In this document: piece after piece, positions 56,320 through 64,000 of the stretch
How positions within the stretch are numbered: the first letter of the stretch is position 1
Layout of the letters: every line of letters starts with the position of its first letter
From: a virus
Reading direction: 5' to 3' (one strand)
Length of the DNA: 64,000 bases
Virus record (IMG/VR): IMGVR_UViG_3300008050_000025
Span: 37,826 to 101,825 of that record
Program-made: the position numbers and the translations under genes
The notes under the pieces: generated by a model
Seen by the model: the letters and a program-made list of their open reading frames with translations, nothing else
The model's database searches: none
What the model was told of the DNA's origin: nothing

Positions 56320-58124
56320 TCTTCTAGGTCGTCTTCCCCTTCCGTACTTTCAGGGTCAGCATCCGATGCTGATACCTTTAGTTGTGAGATAATGTCTTCC
56401 ATGTCGCTTGCGACTTGCATGGCTTCTTCCTCTGACAGGTTGACATCAGGTTCCCCTGCGTCTTCTTCCTGTTCCCCTTCATCAGGGTTTGGAACGCCAC
56501 CTGCGGCAAGCTCTTCGTCGGACATCCCTACTTCTTCCCTAGAGCCTTCTTCGTCGGCCCCCTCTTTAATATCTTTCTCCTTGGCCTTGAAGTCTTTTAC
56601 GTCGTCGGCCTCCTCCTTATCTTCCTTAGCCTTTTTCTCTTTCCCTTTTTTCTTGGCTTTCTTCTTGTTGTCGTCCTCTTCTTCCATCTCCTCCTCATCT
56701 TCCATCTCCTCCTCATCTTCCTTAGCCTTTTTCTCTTTCCCTTCTTTCTTGGCTTTCTTCTTGGCTTTCTTCTTGTTGTCGTCCTCTTCTTCCATCTCCT
56801 CTTGGCCGTCGTGGTCATCGTCGCCGTAGTATCCACCTTCTTCAATGGCGGTAGCAGCTTTAGCTCCTGCGGCTTCCATATTGAAAGCTTCATTAAGTGT
56901 TGAAACATCGTGACCGCATACTTCTTGCATCGACTCCACGAACACTTCCTTGATGTAATCGCTCAAGTCAAGAACTTCTACTCCGCAGTGACCGTTAACC
57001 ATTGTAGCTGCCTCGGTGAATAGCTCCTTCAAGACTTCTGACTCAGTGTTTTCACTAAGAGCCTTGAACAGATACCCTTGAACTTTAGCCAAGTCTGAGA
57101 AAGTAGGAATGTATTTCAGGCTGTTGATGTTGATTCCGTAGTTCTCACTAAGCGATGAGATAATCTCTTTCTTAGCTGGCTTCTTCATCTCAAAGATGGT
57201 GGAAGTAAACTCCCTAATCATCTTCTTGGTTGTGCTGTTAGTAAAGTTAAATGTACAAATCCTAGTAAACGCTTCGTTCAACTCGCTCTTCGATGCCAGC
57301 GCGAAGTAAGGAACATCCTTTACTAGAGAAGCAAGAGGTTTCTCGACCGCTTCCTCTGTAAACATACAAGATACCAATTCCTTAACCTTGGTGTTTGCAA
57401 TCCACATGTTAGAGAAGTTGCGCTTGGACTCGTAAATCTCCCTGGCAACCAATTCTCTTCGGCACACCAATGAGTATAGCTCGGAGTCTTCGTTATTGTC
57501 AAGAGTAATTCCTTCCTTGATAAGGTCTTCGTATGAGGTCTTCTCTACATCAAACGCTTTGGACAGCGCGTTGTTTATACGAATAGAGTTCCTGATATCA
57601 GGAACTTCACTTAGGGTTTTGGCGTTTTCGGTTATGGTTTGCTTTACAGTATCTTTAAGCTCGGACAGCTTCGAATACTCCTTCGTTGTTACGACTGAGG
57701 TATTCTCATTAAGCTTGGCCAGTTTATTAGTAAGCTCGGCCCTTGTCGCCATAATACTGTGTCGATTCTTAAACGTTTCAAGAATGGAACCAAAGCTATC
57801 GTTTGCCTTATCGTACCGACTATCGCTCAGCCCAGCTACCATGGCAGAGATTTTCTCCGCTACGAAAGCATCAACTGCTGAATCGGACATAATCTCATCG
57901 GCTGGTCGGACTTTGAAGCCATCCAGTTTGACATTATCTTCGTTGACAACATACTCGCAGTGAAGCAAGTGTTGGCTTTCCGAAAGCAAAGTAAGCCTAT
58001 TACTTGTACTATCAATGTCAAATATGACCACATTCTCCCTCAATGCACGACCAAGATAATCAACAGCGTTGGTTAGTCGTGCGTAGGAAGCGTCCCTAAT
58101 CTTAAAAATGTCTCCGAAATCCAT
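56316..58124 (-). CDS. Hypothetical protein after the portal gene, probably prohead core/internal
   Basis: 602 aa with many L/I-x-E sites (LRE, LSE, LNE, ITE) and a charged low-complexity C-terminus. Confidence 0.7.
   Translation of the reverse strand: MDFGDIFKIRDASYARLTNAVDYLGRALRENVVIFDIDSTSNRLTLLSESQHLLHCEYVVNEDNVKLDGFKVRPADEIMSDSAVDAFVAEKISAMVAGLSDSRYDKANDSFGSILETFKNRHSIMATRAELTNKLAKLNENTSVVTTKEYSKLSELKDTVKQTITENAKTLSEVPDIRNSIRINNALSKAFDVEKTSYEDLIKEGITLDNNEDSELYSLVCRRELVAREIYESKRNFSNMWIANTKVKELVSCMFTEEAVEKPLASLVKDVPYFALASKSELNEAFTRICTFNFTNSTTKKMIREFTSTIFEMKKPAKKEIISSLSENYGININSLKYIPTFSDLAKVQGYLFKALSENTESEVLKELFTEAATMVNGHCGVEVLDLSDYIKEVFVESMQEVCGHDVSTLNEAFNMEAAGAKAATAIEEGGYYGDDDHDGQEEMEEEDDNKKKAKKKAKKEGKEKKAKEDEEEMEDEEEMEEEDDNKKKAKKKGKEKKAKEDKEEADDVKDFKAKEKDIKEGADEEGSREEVGMSDEELAAGGVPNPDEGEQEEDAGEPDVNLSEEEAMQVASDMEDIISQLKVSASDADPESTEGEDDLED
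56619..56801. repeat. Imperfect tandem duplication (~75-87 bp units) with nested short repeats
   Basis: Two copies encoding EEMEEEDDNKKKAKKK...GKEKKAKED at about 56619-56693 and 56715-56801; one copy has an extra 12-nt repeat. Confidence 0.9.
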
Positions 58125-58178
58125 AACAGCCTGTATTGTATATACAGCCTATAAATTGATTTCTACTTCAATATTTTG

Positions 58179-59834
58179 CTACTGAGCGCCTGTAGGTTCC
58201 GCCCCGGCTTCGGCATCAGCCCCATCACCTGGAATTGCTTCCCCTCCCCCTCCTCCCATAGCAGCCTCTTGTTGTGCTGCTTGTTCGGCGGCTTCTTGCT
58301 CTGCCTTCTTCTTCATACGTGCAACCATTTCGTTGATTTCTGAGTCAGACATTCCAAAGTATTCTTTGTAAATGTACTCATCATCAAACAGTTGCAGACC
58401 TTGAATTTGAGATACAACCATAAGTTTAGCTTGGTCAAGCTCTAGCCTACGTTTCTCATGCATATCGGAAGGCGGCTGTAGTCGGATACTTACGCTCCTG
58501 ATTACAGTCATAGGGTAACCTTTCAGCTTCAAGTGTCGTCTGAACATCTCTTCGATGCCAACCTCAACGTCACGTTGAAGTCGGGATACGGCTTTAGAGA
58601 ATTTTAAATCTAGCTGACTTAGGTTCGCCTTTCGTTCTGGGGACTTATCCTTTTCAACGATAAAGTCCTTGGGTACTTTCATAGCTGCAAGTACCTTATC
58701 TCTCCAATACTTAACGTCATCAATATCACCAAGGTTCTGTCCTCCTGGCAATACGTCAATGTCAGTACCTTTTCCATTTCGTGTCAGGACGAAGAAGTCT
58801 TCATCAACCGACGCTGGGTTATACCTTTCGTTAACTGTTCCGGTTCCGGTATCCCAGTACTTCTCTTTCTTGAACTTAGCTTTTACCCTTTCTAGGTAAG
58901 CCTCGCCTTTAGACTGTGGCATAGTTCCGATGTCAATCTTGAACACCCTTCTTTCAGGTGCGCGTTGCAGCCTGTAAATCAACATCGCATCCTCCATCAA
59001 CCTAAGGGAACGCCATGTCCTAATAGCTGATGCAGCAATACTCTTCCCATAAGGATAGAAGTTAGAGTCAGACGTTAGCCGCCTGAAATGGATAAGTTGG
59101 TGTTTGTCCAACTTAATAGTGTTCTTCTCATCCAAAGGTAGGGAGCCAGGGTTTGAATCCATTGTCTGCCCACTCTTAGGAATCTCTTGATAGTAGTTTT
59201 GCAAGTATCCGTAGTTGTCCTCAATACGGAAGATGTACTTAGGGTCAAGAACCTTGAGCCTAACAATACCCATCTTAGGGTTCTTTAGGTTAGTAACGTT
59301 CTCAATGAAACAGTCACCATACTTTCCTACGTTCCTTACAATGTCCCAGATGTATTTGTCCAAGCGAGTTGTTCTAATGAACTTCTCTGCCTCTCTACGC
59401 ATGATTTCAGTTTCAGAGTCAATCTTAAAGATTTGACCTGAACTATCTTCTTGAGTAGCGTCATCCGCATAGATGTCAAACGCAGAACAAATCTCTGGGT
59501 AGTCATCCATCTTCTCGACATCCCTATACCTGCCACGCCTTGTAGTCTCAATTTGAGGGAGATTGATTTGACCACGGCTAACCGCGATTCCACCCATCCC
59601 TCCTGTCCCATCCATGTCATTAGGGATGAGAGGGGAAGAAGTATCTCCACCTCTAGGCTCAGGTTTGCGAGGGCGACCAGCAGGAGGTTTAGTTTCCTTA
59701 GAGAAAACGGTTCTCCACCATGCTGCAAAAGGCCCTAGGTTTTGTCCACCCATACCATGCATTCGCTGGTAAGGGAATGAGGTGTACTCCTCTTCAATTA
59801 TTTCGTTTCCAAATTCGTCTAACTCAGTACCCAT
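58179..59834 (-). CDS. Portal protein (T4 gp20-like)
   Basis: YPEI..A.DIYAD, LDP, LRLMEDAMLIYR..RAPERRVFKID.G, EDFF, LPGG.NLGDIDDV.Y and KVP motifs. Confidence 0.97.
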   Translation of the reverse strand: MGTELDEFGNEIIEEEYTSFPYQRMHGMGGQNLGPFAAWWRTVFSKETKPPAGRPRKPEPRGGDTSSPLIPNDMDGTGGMGGIAVSRGQINLPQIETTRRGRYRDVEKMDDYPEICSAFDIYADDATQEDSSGQIFKIDSETEIMRREAEKFIRTTRLDKYIWDIVRNVGKYGDCFIENVTNLKNPKMGIVRLKVLDPKYIFRIEDNYGYLQNYYQEIPKSGQTMDSNPGSLPLDEKNTIKLDKHQLIHFRRLTSDSNFYPYGKSIAASAIRTWRSLRLMEDAMLIYRLQRAPERRVFKIDIGTMPQSKGEAYLERVKAKFKKEKYWDTGTGTVNERYNPASVDEDFFVLTRNGKGTDIDVLPGGQNLGDIDDVKYWRDKVLAAMKVPKDFIVEKDKSPERKANLSQLDLKFSKAVSRLQRDVEVGIEEMFRRHLKLKGYPMTVIRSVSIRLQPPSDMHEKRRLELDQAKLMVVSQIQGLQLFDDEYIYKEYFGMSDSEINEMVARMKKKAEQEAAEQAAQQEAAMGGGGGEAIPGDGADAEAGAEPTGAQ

Positions 59835-61297
59835 GCTCTATATTCCTCAAAATGTTCGTCGATACCATCGACTGCTTTCATAGACACCAAACTGTCGCCC
59901 TTTACTGCCTCCATAGGTTTGTCGCCATCCAACAATGGCATTTCCCCTGCAAGCTCAAGTTTAGACATTACGTGTGCAGCTAAAGCAAGACTGGTTACAA
60001 GGTCGTCATGATAACCTTTATCAGCCTGAACTTTTCCTGACTCGGTGGTAATAAAGCAGACTAACTCCTCTGAGGTTCTCTTGGAATTAATCTTCACCCT
60101 ATTTAGGTACAAGCAGTCCTGTAATGACTCAAGAACTGCATCCCTTCCTGTCTTAGACAAAAGTACACCGCACTCCCCTTTTTCGTCGAACCACATGTTC
60201 TCGTACTCTAACTCTTCAAAAAGGTCCTCAATGAGAATAATTCCTAAAGAGTTTCTTTCACACGCGATACGTGCGAAGTTGTACTGCAATGCGACCTCAT
60301 ATACGTCTTGCGCTAGGTCTCGCATCTTAGTGTTGGCAGAATAATACTCTGCTACCTGTTCACCTGTGTTCAGACAAATTACATGGAAAGCTGCGAAATC
60401 CCTACCAACCCCATAAGATGGGTCTACGGCGATTAGGTATTCGAAACCAGGACGAGCTTCTTTCCACACCCTGAACTTGTTGTACTTGTAGCTCTTATAA
60501 TTGTCGTTAATCGTTTCCATGATTCGACTAAGAGTATCTCTATCAATAAAGGTATCACCCGTTCCTAAGAACTGACATAGTACTTCTTGCAGCCACGCTC
60601 GTTCACCAAGCGTAGGTCGCATAGTTTTGGCCCAAGCATCAGTATATTCTGGGTGCTCTCTCCAGTGAATGTCAATAACGTTAAACTCAGTCTTCCCAGC
60701 GACTGAATCTCGGTACAACTCGTAATACACGTTTGACATACCGTTAACAGTAGACAGGAGCACAGCTTCACCACCAGTTGAAATCGTAGGGAAGATAGCC
60801 TTCCAAAACTCTCTCATGTTATCAATGAACGCGGCTTCGTCAACAATCAGCAGGGAAACCGCTTCGGAACGACCAGCACCAGCAGGTTGTGATTTGATTC
60901 GACTTCCTGTAGCCAATCTTAAGTTGTGAACGTTCTTCTTCGTAATTTCAGGTCGTAGCCATGCAGGAAGTTCTTCATACATCCCGAACACTCTTTCTAG
61001 GAACGCAGATGATTCACGTTCACCAATCGACACAACCATGATGTTCTTGTCTTCTTGGAAGATAATGTACCACAGCGCATACGCGCACATGATAGTTGTA
61101 ACACCCGCCTGACGAAACTTCCTAATAATGTTGAATCGGTGCTCACCTATCTCACTGACAATCCTTTTCTGGAATCTATACAGGTCAAACGGAATCGTAC
61201 CCTTTTTTGGGTGGACAATATAAATGTAGTTAAGAATGAAGTACTCACAGCTTTCTGCACATTTAAGGTACTCTTCCTCCATTTCTTCCGGTGTCAT
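59819..61297 (-). CDS. Terminase large subunit (T4 gp17-like)
   Basis: F.LY.FQ, KFRQAGVTT, LIVDEAAF, STVNG, AVDPS.GVGRD, CERN and HDDLV motifs. Confidence 0.96.
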   Translation of the reverse strand: MTPEEMEEEYLKCAESCEYFILNYIYIVHPKKGTIPFDLYRFQKRIVSEIGEHRFNIIRKFRQAGVTTIMCAYALWYIIFQEDKNIMVVSIGERESSAFLERVFGMYEELPAWLRPEITKKNVHNLRLATGSRIKSQPAGAGRSEAVSLLIVDEAAFIDNMREFWKAIFPTISTGGEAVLLSTVNGMSNVYYELYRDSVAGKTEFNVIDIHWREHPEYTDAWAKTMRPTLGERAWLQEVLCQFLGTGDTFIDRDTLSRIMETINDNYKSYKYNKFRVWKEARPGFEYLIAVDPSYGVGRDFAAFHVICLNTGEQVAEYYSANTKMRDLAQDVYEVALQYNFARIACERNSLGIILIEDLFEELEYENMWFDEKGECGVLLSKTGRDAVLESLQDCLYLNRVKINSKRTSEELVCFITTESGKVQADKGYHDDLVTSLALAAHVMSKLELAGEMPLLDGDKPMEAVKGDSLVSMKAVDGIDEHFEEYRAWVLS

Positions 61298-61332
61298 ACT
61301 ATGATATCTAGAGAGGGTTCCCTCTATACGTT

Positions 61333-62055
61333 ATGATTATCCCAGAGCCTGAAATACACGTACTTCTCCCTACTAGGGACGAAAACACAGCAAAAGCATC
61401 GACTAGCGACAAGTTCTTTCAAGAGATAGGGCATACCCAGTATGAGTATGGAATCGGGCACGACTCCATTTTTGATGCTGTAACCTCTCAAGTTCACCAC
61501 GGGCCTGTGTACCATAGCGACAGAGATATCCTAATAGTCATGCACGATGATGTGGATATTCTGTCCAACAAAGCAGTCTTCAAGTATTGCCTAGAACCTT
61601 TAAAGGATGAAACGACAGGCTTCGTAGGCGTAGCAGGAACACAGTTCCTCCGCCAATCTGCTATCTGGTGGGAAGGTATGCAACAACCTTCTGCTATTAC
61701 AGCACTCGCTGGGACTGTGGGACACGGTAGCAATCTATCGGAAATGCATAGAACTGTGTATGGCCCTGGCAATAAGAGACAGGTTGTAGTTATAGACGGC
61801 CTCTTTCTAGCCGCAACGTATCGAACCTGGAGAGCTGTCAGAACAGCCATGCCAGAAGGTTTTGTTGGTGGATGGGACTTCTATGACCTGTATTACACCT
61901 TCCAGGCACATATGAAAGGGTTGAAGAATTACGTAATGCCTCTCGACGTTTTGCACAAATCTCCAGGTGAGATTGATGGAAAGGAAGGTTGGCACAAGAA
62001 CCGAGAGGTCTTCCTAAGGAAGTATGGCAAACATCTCCCCCAGACAATCGCCTAA
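61333..62055 (+). CDS. GT-A fold (GT2-like) glycosyltransferase
   Basis: SIF.A, MHDDV, GFVGVAG, IDGLFLA, WDFYD and HKSPG motifs. Confidence 0.85.
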   Translation: MIIPEPEIHVLLPTRDENTAKASTSDKFFQEIGHTQYEYGIGHDSIFDAVTSQVHHGPVYHSDRDILIVMHDDVDILSNKAVFKYCLEPLKDETTGFVGVAGTQFLRQSAIWWEGMQQPSAITALAGTVGHGSNLSEMHRTVYGPGNKRQVVVIDGLFLAATYRTWRAVRTAMPEGFVGGWDFYDLYYTFQAHMKGLKNYVMPLDVLHKSPGEIDGKEGWHKNREVFLRKYGKHLPQTIA

Positions 62056-62528
62056 GCTTTGCAGCTTATAATGACATGCATATCAGGTCCTGAGCGGTCA
62101 ATGTCATCCATAATGGATGCAAGTCCATCTTTGGGTTCCCCACTGTGTAACGAGAGAAATAGGTTGCAAGTGGTCATTAAGTACTCTGATGCTTCTTTGT
62201 AGTCTTTATCAAAGTCTAATGGGGAGTACATGTCTGTAGACAGGTACGTTACGCCCTCCGCCTCTCTTGTGCATCTTCTGAGGAAAGTCTTATCACTCTT
62301 GCAGAAGTTCTTTTCCCAACCCTTTTTAGGAAGCACAATGATAAAAGGGATTCTCATAGCTGCCAATATAGCAAAAGTCTTTAAAACAACCCCTGGGACA
62401 GGAATTACGTAAGCTACGTTTGGGTCTAAGGCATTCAGACACATTTGGATACGGGAATACTTAATTGTGTTGCATTCCCCAAAAAAGGTGTCATCTCCCA
62501 TAACAGCTATTCTTTTCTCTAATTTCAT
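62052..62528 (-). CDS. Hypothetical protein, possibly SLOG/YspA-like
   Basis: RIAVMG start, GV and IPFIIVLP segments; assignment weak. Confidence 0.45.
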   Translation of the reverse strand: MKLEKRIAVMGDDTFFGECNTIKYSRIQMCLNALDPNVAYVIPVPGVVLKTFAILAAMRIPFIIVLPKKGWEKNFCKSDKTFLRRCTREAEGVTYLSTDMYSPLDFDKDYKEASEYLMTTCNLFLSLHSGEPKDGLASIMDDIDRSGPDMHVIISCKA

Positions 62529-62562
62529 AGACCTACGATATATAATCTTAGAGCTTGCCATT

Positions 62563-63366
62563 ATGAACTACAAACAAGGTGAAATTACAGAAGTTGTCGG
62601 CCCTGCACTACTAGCCGTAGGAGCAGTTGCGAAGAATGCAGCGGTCGCCGTTAAGAAGAAACTTGTTGGGGACAAGAAAAGCGAAAAGCAAAAGGTCAAG
62701 CCTATTGGGACAGATACTGTCGAAGATAACATGAAATACACACAAGGTACTATTGAAGAGGGGCCTCTGGGCAACATTATCGCAACCGCTAAAGGCAAGC
62801 TTAAAACCAGGAAGGCAGTGGGCAAAGGGCAAGCTGGAGCCATTGAAAGACTTCACTCAGCCGAGGCAAAGGAGAAAGGGACCGACGCTTACCAGGATAA
62901 GAAGCTTGCGACTAAGCTGAAATCTAAGGCCGATAAGATTGCCAAGCGGGATAAGAAAGAGGCTGCATCAGGTAAGAGGCCCGGAGTACTTAAAAGGCTT
63001 GTTAGGAAGGTTACAGGTCAAAGTACGCAAGCTGGGGAACGTGCGCGTAACTTGCACAGGGTAAGCCAAAGTGCTGCACATAAAAGTGGTCGCAAGGAAG
63101 GTTATGAGAAAGACAGAACACCTTCCCAAAGGAAGCCGGGGTTACAGGCAGATAACATGAATTACGATAAAGCAACATACATTTCAGAAGCAGGAGTGCA
63201 GAGCGCACAACGGAAACTCAAAGGGGCTGTTAAGGCTTACAAGAATGGGAACCTAGACGCGAAAGGAGTTATGACGGCGGTGACACGGGTTAATAACAAG
63301 AGGGCATCAAGCAAGGATAGGCTTGCTAGACGAGATGCTGCTAAAGCTGCTAAGGACGACTCTTAA
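62563..63366 (+). CDS. Highly basic protein with three repeated leader motifs; candidate internal head polyprotein
   Basis: MNYKQGEITE, MKYTQGTIEE and MNYDKATYISE motifs, each followed by a Lys/Ala-rich segment. Confidence 0.7.
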   Translation: MNYKQGEITEVVGPALLAVGAVAKNAAVAVKKKLVGDKKSEKQKVKPIGTDTVEDNMKYTQGTIEEGPLGNIIATAKGKLKTRKAVGKGQAGAIERLHSAEAKEKGTDAYQDKKLATKLKSKADKIAKRDKKEAASGKRPGVLKRLVRKVTGQSTQAGERARNLHRVSQSAAHKSGRKEGYEKDRTPSQRKPGLQADNMNYDKATYISEAGVQSAQRKLKGAVKAYKNGNLDAKGVMTAVTRVNNKRASSKDRLARRDAAKAAKDDS

Positions 63367-63401
63367 ATGAGGGAAGTGCTGGCCTTAAACGTCTAGGGCG
63401 C

Positions 63402-63435
63402 AAAGCCCCGTAGGATTTTAGTCCTACGGGGCTTT
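63402..63435. terminator. Bidirectional rho-independent terminator
   Basis: 14-bp perfect stem AAAGCCCCGTAGGA / TCCTACGGGGCTTT between convergent genes. Confidence 0.9.
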
Positions 63436-63446
63436 TCTCATTTAGA

Positions 63447-63977
63447 TTAACCTATAGTATCTGTGATGAGACTCTCTAAGTCCCTTCTCACACTTGCGGT
63501 TACTGCGTAATGGTATACGCCGTACCCTGCAAAACCTTGTTCCTGTACCTCATGTACTTCGAATACAATGTTTTGGAACCTTGGTTGAATTACATCACCT
63601 GCCTCCAAAGGTCTGTGCAATTGAGTATCTAAGTAGCTCTTGTTAAACGTAAAGGTTTGGTCGTTGGTAAGCTTAATACCGAACTCTGATAGTTCCTCAC
63701 CAATTGGGATAGGTGTGTAGTGTCCTCGGACAAGTACTTTCGTGGCGTACTTCTTAAGCCTATCCTCTTCGTACAGTTCGTCGTAGTTGCTATCTGTTTC
63801 TACTTTGTAAATATAGAACTCAGAACCTCCGAGGGCAATTTGCTCCTCGTCGATAATATTGAAGAACCCGATGTCTGGGTTTTCCTCGCTGAACATATCA
63901 AGGCGAACATCCTCAGGTACTTCAACCTCCGGTAGGGAGCCATGTCCATGCTTGTTGAAGTGCTTTCTTAGGTTCAT
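63447..63977 (-). CDS. Neck / head-closure protein (T4 gp14-like)
   Basis: EEQI...G, DELYEED, LSEFGI, P..GDVI and FEV..V motifs. Confidence 0.85.
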   Translation of the reverse strand: MNLRKHFNKHGHGSLPEVEVPEDVRLDMFSEENPDIGFFNIIDEEQIALGGSEFYIYKVETDSNYDELYEEDRLKKYATKVLVRGHYTPIPIGEELSEFGIKLTNDQTFTFNKSYLDTQLHRPLEAGDVIQPRFQNIVFEVHEVQEQGFAGYGVYHYAVTASVRRDLESLITDTIG

Positions 63978-64000
63978 TTACTTACTCTCTTTCTTCTTAA

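Noticed and set aside
61095-61125. Terminase Walker A without the GKT lysine (KFRQAGVTT)
   Set aside because: This is a known deviant Walker A type in many terminases, not evidence of inactivation.
1-64000. Stop-codon reassignment, tRNA genes or a diversity-generating retroelement
   Set aside because: Standard-code ORFs tile the window with intact conserved genes. No cloverleaf, reverse transcriptase or template/variable repeat pair was seen by eye; tRNAscan and a self dot-plot would confirm.

Overview
This 64-kb window is a gene-dense fragment of a large T4-like (myovirus-type) dsDNA phage genome, with most genes on the minus strand. It contains an almost complete T4-like virion module: terminase large subunit, portal, prohead protease, scaffold, major capsid, neck gp13/gp14, gp15, sheath, tube, baseplate gp5/6/25/26/27/53-like proteins, a putative tape measure protein and several large baseplate/fibre proteins. 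Replication and nucleotide-metabolism genes are interleaved: dUTPase, intein-containing class II ribonucleotide reductase, GroES, gp46/gp47 (Rad50/Mre11), gp55-like late sigma factor, Holliday-junction resolvase, primase, UvsW-like helicase and a Cas4/RecB-like nuclease. The five most unusual observations are: (1) the DNA polymerase is family A rather than T4's family B, is split into two coupled ORFs inside the proofreading exonuclease domain, and carries a degenerate uracil-DNA-glycosylase-like N-terminal domain; (2) a T TTT TTT slippery site would fuse the gp26-like gene to an ATG-less gp51-like ORF by -1 frameshifting; (3) a basic ORF looks like a polyprotein of three capsid-internal proteins, each headed by a T4 capsid-targeting-sequence-like motif; (4) primase and the Cas4-like nuclease are divergent genes whose start codons share one CATG palindrome; (5) a recurrent TAAATA late-promoter motif. 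No tRNA, rRNA or CRISPR array was seen. All product calls come from motif recognition and synteny, not database searches.
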